From Candidatus Algichlamydia australiensis (GTDB taxonomy: Bacteria > Chlamydiota > Chlamydiia > Chlamydiales > JAJFMI01): DNA of 64,000 nucleotides. A program made the position numbers and the translations under genes. The first letter of the stretch is position 1. Every line of letters starts with the position of its first letter. Location of the stretch: positions 2,337 through 66,336 of the forward strand of contig JAXCHI010000001.1 of NCBI GenBank assembly GCA_033977065.1, written 5' to 3'. Shown here in pieces: positions 36,697-47,500 of this stretch. Under the pieces are notes generated by a model, which saw nothing but the letters and a program-made list of their open reading frames with translations, was not told where the DNA came from and did not search any database.

Positions 36697-37401
36697 ATGG
36701 AATCAAGTAGACCATCTTTTGGGATTATGAGTGGGGTAGCCACTTTTTTAGGGCTTTCTCCGCATCTTCTGGTATTATCAGCGCTTTTGGTTTTTAGACC
36801 CCCATCTGCGACAACAGGATCAATTGTGATGTTTACAGTTGGGGCAAAGCTTCTTGTTGAATGCGTCTTTTATCAATTTTTCTCTAATCAAATGAAGAGT
36901 CAAAAAATAATGAAAGGTTGGGAGGAAGTCGTTTCAGTACCTTTACTATCTCACCCAAATGTCTCACTCTCTATCTTTTTTTATTTTATCGATCATGTAT
37001 GCGACATACTAATCCTATACAAAGCATTACAAACGCCATTTTATCCTCCACTTATTTTCTTTGTATTCCTTGGTTGCCAAGCAGCAGCTTCATATGTTCA
37101 GGGTCGGATCTCCGATCTAGTTAGTTTAAAAAAATCACTTTTATTTGCTCTTAGCGCAGCGTTTCTTGCTCTACTGGGGATAGAATTTGTCGGGATGATT
37201 TCGCCGAACTCAAATTCTTTTAGTATATCGACATTACCAAGCAATTTTGCTGGCCTAAATCTATTAGAACCATCTACTCAAATTTTGATTCTGATGGTAG
37301 GGAAAGGTCTTTTTGGAAATATCTCAACATTGTCTAGATCAGCAATTGCTTCAGTAGTTTTTGCAGAAGCCATGAGAAAATTCAGTAAAAAAGGCGTTTA
37401 A
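36697..37401 (+). CDS. Half-size MFS-like membrane protein
   Basis: Motif-A-like QGRISDLVSLKKSLL and KGLFGN.S.LSRSAIA; 234 aa. Confidence 0.55.
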   Translation: MESSRPSFGIMSGVATFLGLSPHLLVLSALLVFRPPSATTGSIVMFTVGAKLLVECVFYQFFSNQMKSQKIMKGWEEVVSVPLLSHPNVSLSIFFYFIDHVCDILILYKALQTPFYPPLIFFVFLGCQAAASYVQGRISDLVSLKKSLLFALSAAFLALLGIEFVGMISPNSNSFSISTLPSNFAGLNLLEPSTQILILMVGKGLFGNISTLSRSAIASVVFAEAMRKFSKKGV

Positions 37402-37407
37402 GAATTT

Positions 37408-37962
37408 ATGAGCTTAAAAAAAGTAATCATTCACATCTACGCTATTTTCTCTCAGTGGCTGAGTAGGGGAATATTAGGCTTCATCTGTTTCCAAGATGAC
37501 TCAACAAGGGTTTTAGCATTGTTATTCGCTCTTACTTGGGGGATCGGAAGCATAGTTCAAGGAAAGCTTTCAGATGAGAAAAGTTCTAGGAAGAAGATTA
37601 TTTTGATCACGCAATGTTCTCTTGTAGCTTCATGCATCCTTGCGTATTTTGGAATAGTGAGGGGAAGCAATGAGATTCCAATAGTAATCTTAGCTACGAG
37701 CCTTGTTCTAAACGGGGCTTTTGGAAACAGCTCTCCAGCTCTAACAGCTCATATAATGGATTGTGGAGTTGATCAGAAAAAAGCAATTTCTTGGTTACTG
37801 GTCACCAGGCAGTTTGGGTTAGTTGTTGGGATTTTGGTTGGACTACTATCTGCAAAATTAGCATTAGGTATGACTGTTTTAGCGAACTGTTCATCTCTAT
37901 TCCTTATGCATAAGTTGTTTGCTACAGAAGCGCTTACTTCAAACCAAAATATAGAGAGCTAA
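37408..37962 (+). CDS. Half-size MFS-like membrane protein
   Basis: Motif-A-like QGKLSDEKSSRKKII and NGAFGNSSPALTAHIMD; 184 aa. Confidence 0.6.
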   Translation: MSLKKVIIHIYAIFSQWLSRGILGFICFQDDSTRVLALLFALTWGIGSIVQGKLSDEKSSRKKIILITQCSLVASCILAYFGIVRGSNEIPIVILATSLVLNGAFGNSSPALTAHIMDCGVDQKKAISWLLVTRQFGLVVGILVGLLSAKLALGMTVLANCSSLFLMHKLFATEALTSNQNIES

Positions 37963-38000
37963 AAATAGGGAAATCGGGATTATCTCCGAGCATGTCTACT

Positions 38001-38606
38001 TCAATTTTTTTTATGGATAGATTCTTTGAAACTCCTATATCTAATCGCACCTAAAACTGATAGGAAAAATGTGAGAAAGGCAGCAAGGGCAATTGCAGAG
38101 CCATGCCCAAGAGAAACTACACAAAAATAGCTACCAAGAACAAAAGAAATAGAGCTTGCAATGTAGGTCATGAATAGAGCTATAAGGAAAGGCTTAATAT
38201 AAACGTTCAAGGGCACAATTCTTTCATTTTCTTGAAAAAAAGGCTCTAACTCAGAAAAAGCTTTTTCAAGGAAAATTCCTCTTTGAGAGATAATATTCGC
38301 TTTGTTTAAGAGAATTTTTCCTGTTCGATATTGGTATCCGGTAGCAGCGAAAAATACAAATGAGATAAATACACTAAACTTGGGTACAGAAACTATATAT
38401 TTTTCTCCGGTAAGAATAGCGATCGTCATAACCGCAAGAAATACAAGAAAAGTTTTTACCGTAAACAGTTGATTTTGAGAGAATTGTTTTTGGAAGTAAA
38501 AGAAGCAATCTGCATTATAAGCTTGTTCAAAGTGCGCGCTTACTAGATCTGGGGGAAGCTTGTTTTCGTAGAGCTCTTCTATGCTAATGATTTTCTTGTC
38601 AGTCAT
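38001..38606 (-). CDS. 4-TM membrane protein
   Basis: Two hydrophobic hairpins separated by a charged helix; similar to 50126-50689. Confidence 0.65.
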   Translation of the reverse strand: MTDKKIISIEELYENKLPPDLVSAHFEQAYNADCFFYFQKQFSQNQLFTVKTFLVFLAVMTIAILTGEKYIVSVPKFSVFISFVFFAATGYQYRTGKILLNKANIISQRGIFLEKAFSELEPFFQENERIVPLNVYIKPFLIALFMTYIASSISFVLGSYFCVVSLGHGSAIALAAFLTFFLSVLGAIRYRSFKESIHKKN

Positions 38607-39063
38607 TACTATCTATCCTGCCCCTAGATTTAACATGAATTTTAAGGGTGATTCAATGCTATTTTTTGGGCAAGTTTCTTATTTTACAAAAAACGGCCTC
38701 TGTTTGGTAATAGCCACCTTGGGTAAGACGGAGAAAAAATGAGACGGGGGAGCATTGGGCACAATGCCTCAAGTAATACTTCTTGCTGAAGCGATCAACC
38801 GTGTAAACTCTGAGAAGAGTTTGTCACAATATGGATTCCTTATCAAAAAAGCTTGTAAGTGCCAGAAAAGAACACGTTCCTGAGGACCTAAAGTTTTTTA
38901 GTAGAAAGAAATGATTGTAAAAAAAACACCTAAAAGAAAAAATGGGTACTCTGCTATAGAGAAAAGATTGTAGATAAGAGCTGAAAGCCTTTGCTAATCG
39001 GAGAAGGTAAAGCTCTTGGATATCGTAAGTTGATTTATATTTTAACAAATAGAGAACCACGTA

Positions 39064-41085
39064 TTGAAATACTTTGGAAAAATCAAAATAGGGAACTTGA
39101 TTGAATACCTGAAAATTCATCGAATTTCTGTAAGCTCAAGTTTAAGAGTAGAAGGAATAAAAGATACTCTGTTTGCGTGGTTTCTCAATGCTGTTTCTAT
39201 AGTATATTTTCAAAGCTCAAGTGAGTCAATTCCATACTCTGTAAATTTTGCAACACAATTTTTTTTCGCAACTGTGGTTATTTTGCTTATTTCTTTTTTC
39301 AGAAGCATATTCAAGTTCGGAAATCTGAGTGAAGTTTTGAAATTTTTGAAAATCAATCAAAAAAGCGAATTTATCAATGAAAAAGGGCACTTGCCACCTG
39401 AATCAAGAAAAAAATTAATAGTAACAAGAGCATTATTTGCCACTGTTGGCTACATTGCATACAGTCTTGCTAGAGTTCTCATTGGAGAAGTTGATAATTC
39501 CTCAATATACAGCGCCGATGCATTAGTTTATGCTGTCATGGCTACATGGATATTGAAAGAAAAATACTCGAAGCAAGAATGGCTTGGAATAGTAGTTGCC
39601 TCTATGGGTGTGCTGTCAGTAATATTCTATGATTTTATTTTTAACAATTGGAGTTTGGCTCTTTCCGGTTCTGTATTTGGGGTTTTCTCCTCATTATCTT
39701 TCGTTATTATATTTTTCTTGACCTCTATTATTATTCAGCATGATCCGCCATTGAGGATTTCATTTTATCAGTGTCTTATAGGTTTTTTTGTTTCGTTGCC
39801 TCTATTGCTCTACTCTTTAGTATTTGGGGATTTTTCAGGAATATCGAATTTGTGGGCAACTGGCCTTTTTCAGGCTGTTATCAATGGTGCCCTATATGGT
39901 ATTTCATTGATTTTCTTTTTTCGTGCATTTCTCTTCACGGAGCCGATCATAATTGCTGTTCTAGGACTATCCCTTTTTCCTTTTGTAAGTTTTCTTAGCT
40001 GGTTCTCTCAGAATCAAATTCCATCTAGTTTAGATTTTTTAAGCGCAGGATTAATCACTATTGGAGGAGTGATTTTAATTAGAGGAGAGTATAAAAGAGA
40101 TAAGCAGTCACAGAATCTATATTCTGCTCCATCTTATCGGGGAAATATAAAAGATCACTTCAAACAATTAAAAATAGAATATAACGAAGGGAAGATTGAC
40201 AAATGGGATTACATGTCAGAAAGACACGAGTTTAATAAGTTATTATTTGAATTTTCTGAAGAGTTAATTAAAACAGACATCAATGAAATTACAATAGATA
40301 GAAAAGGCGTTTTCTTTAGGTTTGATCCATTGAATATTGTACTCCAAAGTGATGGAGGATGTGGTACTCCTCCTTTGACGGTCTTAAATTTTGGGGAGTA
40401 CGAAAGAGAAGAATCGTACTGGATATATGAGTTAGTAACAGATGGAGATGTTATATTAGATTTAGGTGCCAACGTGGGGTGGTATAGTATTAACCTTTCT
40501 AAAAGATTTCCTAATTCAAAAATACTAGCTTTTGAGCCAATAGATGAAACATATGATTATTTATTAAAGAATATTTCACTCAATAAAATTGCTAACGTAA
40601 AGACTTTTAATTTTGGCCTATCAGATCAGGAAAAAATAGAATCGTTCTTTTATTTTAGGGGTGGTTCAGCAATTTCTTCGATAAAGAATTTAATAGATCA
40701 TGCTGGATCAAGAAAGAAGAATTGTATAGTAAAAAAACTTGATGATGTCATTCAAAATGAAGAGCTAGATGAGGTTTCGTTCGTTAAGATGGATATAGAA
40801 GGAGCTGAACTATTGGCCTTAAAAGGTTCATTGTCAACTATAAATAAATATTATCCAATTATTTTCGCTGAATTGTATCAAGTGTGGTGTAGAAAATTTT
40901 TATATGACGCTAATGATGTGCTTAAAATTTTAAAAAGTTATGGCTATCAATGCTTCAATATAGTAGAAAAGAAGCTAGTTAAGACAAACAAAATTCCGTT
41001 TGAAAATGAGAATTATTATAATTATATTTTTCTACATGAAAAGAACCACTTAGATAAAATTAAAAAATATATTGGAGAATCATAG
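39064..41085 (+). CDS. EamA/DMT transporter fused to FkbM-family methyltransferase
   Basis: About 10 TMs with EamA-like ILKEKYS...W.GIVVASMGV; C-terminal ILDLGANVGWYS...AFEP...FVKMDIEGAEL.AL.G. The start is uncertain. Confidence 0.85.
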   Translation: MKYFGKIKIGNLIEYLKIHRISVSSSLRVEGIKDTLFAWFLNAVSIVYFQSSSESIPYSVNFATQFFFATVVILLISFFRSIFKFGNLSEVLKFLKINQKSEFINEKGHLPPESRKKLIVTRALFATVGYIAYSLARVLIGEVDNSSIYSADALVYAVMATWILKEKYSKQEWLGIVVASMGVLSVIFYDFIFNNWSLALSGSVFGVFSSLSFVIIFFLTSIIIQHDPPLRISFYQCLIGFFVSLPLLLYSLVFGDFSGISNLWATGLFQAVINGALYGISLIFFFRAFLFTEPIIIAVLGLSLFPFVSFLSWFSQNQIPSSLDFLSAGLITIGGVILIRGEYKRDKQSQNLYSAPSYRGNIKDHFKQLKIEYNEGKIDKWDYMSERHEFNKLLFEFSEELIKTDINEITIDRKGVFFRFDPLNIVLQSDGGCGTPPLTVLNFGEYEREESYWIYELVTDGDVILDLGANVGWYSINLSKRFPNSKILAFEPIDETYDYLLKNISLNKIANVKTFNFGLSDQEKIESFFYFRGGSAISSIKNLIDHAGSRKKNCIVKKLDDVIQNEELDEVSFVKMDIEGAELLALKGSLSTINKYYPIIFAELYQVWCRKFLYDANDVLKILKSYGYQCFNIVEKKLVKTNKIPFENENYYNYIFLHEKNHLDKIKKYIGES

Positions 41086-41690
41086 TGGACGATATCGAAA
41101 GAATATATGAGTTTATAAAAACTTCAGAAAAACTCAAAAGCGAAATGCGACATAGTTGGGTCTCATGTGGTAGAAATGAGAGTGTTGCTGAACATAGTTG
41201 GCGTACAAGCCTCATGGTAATGTTAATCTCTCCTTTTTTAAAAAACAAAATAAATACTGAAAGAGCTCTAAGATTGGCAATTATTCATGATATTGTTGAA
41301 ATGATAACAGGTGATACGCCATATCACCAATTCGATTCATCAAATTATGGTAGACAACAAATAAAACAATCAGAATTGGAAGGTGCTAAAAAAATAAAAA
41401 GTGTATTGCCAAATTTGGTTGGCAAAGAAATATTTGACCTTTGGTTTGAATTCGAAAATTTATCTAGTGAAGAAGCAAAATTTGTTAATGCTTTAGATAA
41501 ACTTGAAGTCTGCATACAGCATGCACAGTCGGACTGCAGCACCTGGCTTGAGTCTGAAAGAGAAAGCATTTCACCTTTTATAAATTATTTGAAGGGTAAT
41601 TGTGATTCTGAATTGATCCTGAAAACATTAGAAAAATTAGTAATCAGTGATTTGAAAACAAAGCACGCTTCGGAAATAAAATTTAAATAG
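41085..41690 (+). CDS. HD-domain phosphohydrolase (YfbR/HD_3-like)
   Basis: ESVAEHSWR, AIIHDIVEMITGD, EAKFV.ALDKLE; TAGTG overlap with the upstream gene. Confidence 0.9.
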   Translation: MDDIERIYEFIKTSEKLKSEMRHSWVSCGRNESVAEHSWRTSLMVMLISPFLKNKINTERALRLAIIHDIVEMITGDTPYHQFDSSNYGRQQIKQSELEGAKKIKSVLPNLVGKEIFDLWFEFENLSSEEAKFVNALDKLEVCIQHAQSDCSTWLESERESISPFINYLKGNCDSELILKTLEKLVISDLKTKHASEIKFK

Positions 41691-42357
41691 TTCCAAGGTT
41701 ATTTTTAAGCAGATACAATCTGTTATCAAATTCTGACTCGTTATTTATTATTTTCCACAGTTTCCAATTATAAAGGTATGAATCGAATAGATGTTCAAGT
41801 AATTCGTAATTCCCTTTATTCGAAAACGCAATAATTATCTCAGTTTCTTTATGAGAATAATACTTTGCCTGGGCAAGAAATTTACGCACACTTTTAAAAG
41901 AGGGGTCGTAAAAGGCATAGGCTAGAGGGACTTCAATTTCAACCATATCATCGTGGAATGGAATATTAAAAACAATGACATCAAACAATTGCTTCGGAAC
42001 ACTGTCAAAACAATTACTGCGTAGCACTTCCCCATCAAGGCCATGAGTTTGTAAATTAGCCTCGGCATTTTTCACTGCAATTCTATTTATATCTACGAAC
42101 GTTGCTGACAGAGCCTTATTGAGCAAACTATGAATTCCAACAACTCCAATCCCACAACCCATATCACAAACCGCCTTACCCTTTAAGGGCGGAAGAGAAG
42201 TAAGTAGAAAGTCAGTGGTTCGAAACCTTTCGCTTGGATAAACACCGGGGAACACTTGAAATTCTAACTCTAAAATTTTTACTTTTCGTATGTTTTCGCA
42301 TTTTAAAATATCATCTACTATCCCGTGTGGATCCAACTTGAAATACGGAATTGCCAT
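41683..42357 (-). CDS. Class I SAM-dependent methyltransferase (HemK/MTS-like)
   Basis: VFPGVYP, CDMGCGIG, VDIN..AV, FDVIVFNIPF. Confidence 0.88.
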   Translation of the reverse strand: MAIPYFKLDPHGIVDDILKCENIRKVKILELEFQVFPGVYPSERFRTTDFLLTSLPPLKGKAVCDMGCGIGVVGIHSLLNKALSATFVDINRIAVKNAEANLQTHGLDGEVLRSNCFDSVPKQLFDVIVFNIPFHDDMVEIEVPLAYAFYDPSFKSVRKFLAQAKYYSHKETEIIIAFSNKGNYELLEHLFDSYLYNWKLWKIINNESEFDNRLYLLKNNLGTI

Positions 42358-42592
42358 TTTTCACCCCCAAAATTATGCCTTACTGCATTAAATTACCACG
42401 ATTTTACCAGCATCTAACATTAAAGAAAACATTAAAAATGACATGAAAAATTAGCATTTTAATAGTATTTTAAAAAATACTCATACGAATATTTAATCTT
42501 CTTATTTCTATTTTGTTACAACCGTTATTGTTTTATTTTGAAATATGTTCTTTTCTAAATAAATAGTTTATGATATCATGGACCCATAAAAT

Positions 42593-44089
42593 ATGGGAAG
42601 CGAACAAATGAGTGGTGAAAATAGGTCTTTATTAACAACTGCAGAGACAGATTCAAATATTTTAAACTATTTCGTAAATAGTACGATAAATAACTCTAAT
42701 CCAATTGAATCAAGACAAAAAAAAATTACAAGAGTTGCAGCTCAAATTGGGGCTTCAACATTTTTGGCTCTTTCTAGCATACCGTTTATTAGGCCATCCT
42801 TAGAATTTGCAGGAGACGCAACACCGCTAAATATAGCTTTAGGGTGGTACTTAGTGGGTTGTAATCTGACTTCTTTTGGAATTTTAGATGCGTATAGCAT
42901 ATCCAATATGATTGGTGAATATATCCGTCCTTTATCTTCTGATGAAGTAGAAATGTTTTCTGTATCAACAAACAGACGCGTTGATCTTCTATTGAGAATA
43001 GGCTCTGTTAGTACAGCATGCATTCTTAGCATACCCAGAGCATATGTTGGTTATGAATATAATAATGATAGCGCTCTTTTTGCTATTTTAGCAGCATCAG
43101 GTTCTATACCAATCCCTTCATATTCTACTTACCTCACTCTAAACCATATTAAAAGCAATGCTTTTTTAACTGGTGTTGAATCTAGATTACAGGAATCTAA
43201 AGCTGAAGTTATTAATCAGATAAACTCGTTTTGTGCTTCTTTGCCTTTGCAAACGGAAGAGGAATTAAAAGAAGTACTTAGTGAGTTCAATGCTTTGCAA
43301 CAGGTGGAAAGTACTAGTCAAAAAGTATCAAGGCTTTTTCAAATATTACAAAACAATACTCAATCTTCTAAAGATTATTCAAATGAAAAATTAATAAAAC
43401 TAGGTAAATATAGTGTTAAGGTAGTGTCATGTGGATTATCTCTTTCAGTAATTGGTTATTTAGGGGTTGTTAGTTACAATTTTGTTGAATCAATATCAGA
43501 TAGTACAATTTGTGGTGTTGCCAGTGGAACCATAGTTTCTGCTTGCAGTAGTTATTTAACAACTAAGTTATTATTGAACGCATCTACATCTTATTATTCT
43601 TCAGCCGTAAATTTGTTTCGTTGTAGTACAAAAAAAACATGGGGTCTAAGGAACAATAAAAAAATTACTATTGCTAGTAAACTGATTGCGAGTATTATAA
43701 ATGCTTTTGCTTTTGCTCCAACTCTTCAAGTAATTAGTGATAATTTTTCGGGTTTTTCTCGAACTTACATGTACTCTACAGTACCTTTATCTTTTTATAT
43801 AATTTGTTCGCACCTAAGTTTGATGTTAGTTGATGAAGCTATGGAGCAATACTCATACCACATGAATACAGATGCTATAAGTGAAATTATAAATTTTAAG
43901 AAAAGACTTGTCAAATTTGCTAATGTGGTAGACAAATCTCCTCTTATTGAATATGCTAAATTTATCAAAATTTTATCAGAAAATGAGATGTCTGAACTAG
44001 GTAATAGAATATTATTAACTCAAGGTGCTTTGGATTACTACTTGTCTAAAAAAACTGAGACCTTTGCTTTAGCAGATAGCGATGTCTGA
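42593..44089 (+). CDS. Multi-pass membrane hypothetical protein (effector-like)
   Basis: 498 aa with two hydrophobic blocks separated by a helical linker. Confidence 0.7.
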   Translation: MGSEQMSGENRSLLTTAETDSNILNYFVNSTINNSNPIESRQKKITRVAAQIGASTFLALSSIPFIRPSLEFAGDATPLNIALGWYLVGCNLTSFGILDAYSISNMIGEYIRPLSSDEVEMFSVSTNRRVDLLLRIGSVSTACILSIPRAYVGYEYNNDSALFAILAASGSIPIPSYSTYLTLNHIKSNAFLTGVESRLQESKAEVINQINSFCASLPLQTEEELKEVLSEFNALQQVESTSQKVSRLFQILQNNTQSSKDYSNEKLIKLGKYSVKVVSCGLSLSVIGYLGVVSYNFVESISDSTICGVASGTIVSACSSYLTTKLLLNASTSYYSSAVNLFRCSTKKTWGLRNNKKITIASKLIASIINAFAFAPTLQVISDNFSGFSRTYMYSTVPLSFYIICSHLSLMLVDEAMEQYSYHMNTDAISEIINFKKRLVKFANVVDKSPLIEYAKFIKILSENEMSELGNRILLTQGALDYYLSKKTETFALADSDV

Positions 44090-44215
44090 ATTTTTGAAAA
44101 ATATATAGATCAATTAAAGTCATAAAATTTTCCTTAGTAATATTTTTTCAACCAATCTGATCAGTTTTTTAGTTTCTGATGAATCCATATTTTACCATAT
44201 CTTTTCTAACTCCTT

Positions 44216-44518
44216 TTAACTGTACCGGCTAGAAAATGCATCAAGTACAGACTCAACCTGAAGACCAAACTCATTTGGTTCGTCATGTGCATCAATGCCT
44301 TTGCTAGTAAATAAATTCATCAATTCGTCAATAATTAGGTCAGCTTGTTGCTCCGTAAGGGTTACATTGTAAATAGATTTGCTTCCATTATAAACATGAT
44401 TAGAAAATAAGTTGTTGATTTTTTTTCTAACCGCTTCGTTTTCAACATTCTCTATGAGAAAAATTAGCTCTGTTCTAGTTAGCTTATATTTTTTTTCGTC
44501 CATAGCAAGCACCTTCAC
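44216..44518 (-). CDS. Probable immunity protein for the RHS toxin
   Basis: GTGA overlap with the RHS stop; acidic; G.D..DEPN..G..VE..LD.F motif. Confidence 0.75.
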   Translation of the reverse strand: MKVLAMDEKKYKLTRTELIFLIENVENEAVRKKINNLFSNHVYNGSKSIYNVTLTEQQADLIIDELMNLFTSKGIDAHDEPNEFGLQVESVLDAFSSRYS

Positions 44519-47500
44519 TTGTTTATAAGAGTTTCTCTAGTTTGAACAACTCCACTTCGATTCCAAACCTGTACACCTCTGGCTTTTCCAAAAGCTGTAA
44601 TAATTTTTCCTTCAGAGTTGAGTACTACAGTAGCTTCTTTTCCGACGTATCTTACTGCTTTATCACTTTGGAATACAATTTTTTTTGGAAATTGTACAGC
44701 ATCTAAAATTGCTTTTGCATTAACTCCTCTTCCCCCATCTCTACCTATAGCTTGATTTAATCCATGTTTTTTATAACCTGTAATTTTGTTAGAAATACAA
44801 CTCTTTTCATGAATATAGATCGAAGGTGTTTGTCCAATAGGTGATCTTGCGTATGTTGCGGCCATGACCGGAACTGATCGAGATCCAGCTAGGAGAACTT
44901 GAGTCCCTCCTGCAGTAAAGGCTACTGTAGTCAGGTCGTCTATGAATGCTGCTGCGTTGGGGTCAATTCCTGACATCTCCATGAGCTGACAACTTCCAGT
45001 TCTCATTCTCTGATTATATGCTATTGTCGAGATGCCAGAAAATGCTTGATCTAGTCCATGCATTAATATGGGCCATCCTACAACTGATCCAGCACCCAAA
45101 GTTTTTAGGATAATTGATCCACCTATCCAAGCTTCGAAACAACCACTTGCAAATTTCATGCTCCCTTGAACAAAAGGGCTTCCTATAGCGTTACCTACTT
45201 TCTGAGCAAAAGTGAGGTTGGAATTTGCATGAAACCAGTCTTCTTTTTTTCCAATTGGAGGCAAGGGGGAGAAGTAATTGAAATGTGGAGAATAGGTGTT
45301 GAGATATACGAGTGCTTCTGAAGTTTGTGCAGTGCTGCGAATTTTGTCTTCGAGGCCATAGAAGTCAAAGTGAGTCAAAGGATTATTGTTAAGGTAGGCG
45401 TAGAGATTGGGGCCTTCGGTGTAGCTTTTGGGATCGGGTGTAAGAAAGCGACCGAGGGTGGGTGAGTAGTAACGACGGCCAAAGTAGACGAGGTTGTGGT
45501 CGGTGCGTTTCGATTGGTAGCGCCAGGGGTTGTGGGTCGTTGTGGTTTGTTCTTCACCAAAGGCAGTGAAATAATAGCTTTCTAAAGGTTGCTTAGTGTG
45601 GATGTCAATAAGGGTTGTAATGTCACCTGTGAGGCTGTGGAGGGGGAGGTAGGTTTGGTGATTAAGTTCGATGAGGATGGAGGCGCCGATTTCGGCGCCG
45701 TGACCTAGGCCTAGGATGCGGAGCTGGGTTATGGTGCCGTTTTCTACAAGGCCAATTTCATTATCTCCATCGTAGATGTAGTATTGTGGGGGGTGTTCTA
45801 TCCATTCGTTGTTTTGTTTGTGGGAGGTTTGTTGGGAGGTGCGACGGTGCCACGGGTCGTAGGTATAGGTTGTTTTTGTTATTGGGGTTTTGATTTGGAT
45901 GAGACGATCTAAGGCATCGTATTTATACTTAATATTAGTTGAATTGGTTTCTGCACTTGTGGGGTTTCCGTTTGGATCGTATTCAAAGTTAAAGTCATCG
46001 GTAGTTGAGATTTGGTTTAAAGATGTAATTTCATACGAGTCGTCATTTTTTGAGAGGCGGTTGTGGAGGGAGTCATAGGTGTATTGGTCTTTGTTTTCTT
46101 GTGTGAGTTGATTGAGGTCGTTGTAGGTGTAGGTAGTGGTTTGGTTGTCTAGGATGCGGCTAGTGAGGTTACCGGCTTTATCAAAGCTTTTATGGGCTTC
46201 TTTTTGGTAGGGGCTTTTGCGCTTTATTTCACAATTTAAGAGGTCATAGGTATGGGTTTGGGTTCCAAGGTTTGCAATGAGGGTTTCGGTTTGGGGTGTG
46301 TGGTGTTCATTGTATTGGGTGTAGGTGTGGGTGTAGCTATTGAAGGTGATGGAGGTGAGGTGGTAGGGATCATAGGTGTAGGTAGCAGTCCGGTTATCAG
46401 GGAAAGTTAAGGTTTTACGGCGATTATCAGCCGAATAAGATGAGGTTAAGGTAAGCCCGTTATTAAGTGTTTCTGTCAGGAGGTTGTCATAGGAGTCGTA
46501 GGTACGGGTTGTTGTTGTGTTGTGGGTGTGGTCGTTAGCTTTGATGCAACGATCAAGGTTGTCATAGGTAAAGGTATAGTGAAGGTTTGGAGCAGTAGTA
46601 TCTATGTGGCGACCTTTTTCATCGTAGGTTTTTTCGATGAGGGTACCGTCAGGTTTTGTTATGGTTTGTTCTTGTCCATCGGGTGTGTAGGTGTAAATGG
46701 TTGTTTTTTCTCCAGACTCTGTTTGGGATGTGAGTCTGTTCATTTTGTCATAGGTATAAGCGAGGGTAGTTGTGCGGGCGGGACCGTTGGGATCGAAGAT
46801 GGTGATGGTGTGTGTGAGGAGGTTGCCTGAGGAATCTCTTTCGTAGTGTTCTTTGTGGAGGGGGGTGCCTGTTTTGGAAAGGTGTGTTGTTGCAAGGAGC
46901 TGGCCGTGGCTGTTGTAGGTCTGTTCTAGTTGGCGGTTTTCTGGGTCTAGGGTGGTTTTAGTGAGTTGGTTGTAGGTGATGGTTGTGGTGTGGCCAAGAG
47001 GATTAGTGTGTGAGGTTAGGCGGTTTAAAGGGTCGTATTCGTAGATGTCTGTAGAGTCGCCTTTTGTGATGGTGTTGGCGTTGCCATGAGCATCGTAGGT
47101 GTAGGTAGTTTCGCTGTAAATGGTGGGGTTTTCAGCTAAATCTATCTCGCTCTCTGCAAGGATTTGGTTTTGGGAGTCGTAGGTGTAGAGGGTGCGCTGT
47201 TCGTTTTGGGTTTTTGTTTCGATTCGAGAGAGGGTGTCATAGGTGTAGGTGGTGGTTTGATCAAGAAAGGTCTCTTGGGTGAGGCGGCCGGCTGGGTCGT
47301 AGGTGTAGGTAGTGAGGCGGTTTCCTTGGTCGAGGTGGCTGAGTTTATGAAAGCTGTTGTAAGTGGTGCTCTCTTCTGAAAGGAGTTTATTTGTGGACGA
47401 AAGGAGTTTTTTGGTTAGGGGGCGGTTTGCGTAATCGTAGGTGGTGTAGATTTGACGTGAACATTTATCTACCTGTTTGATCAAGTTTCCGGCGGGATCG

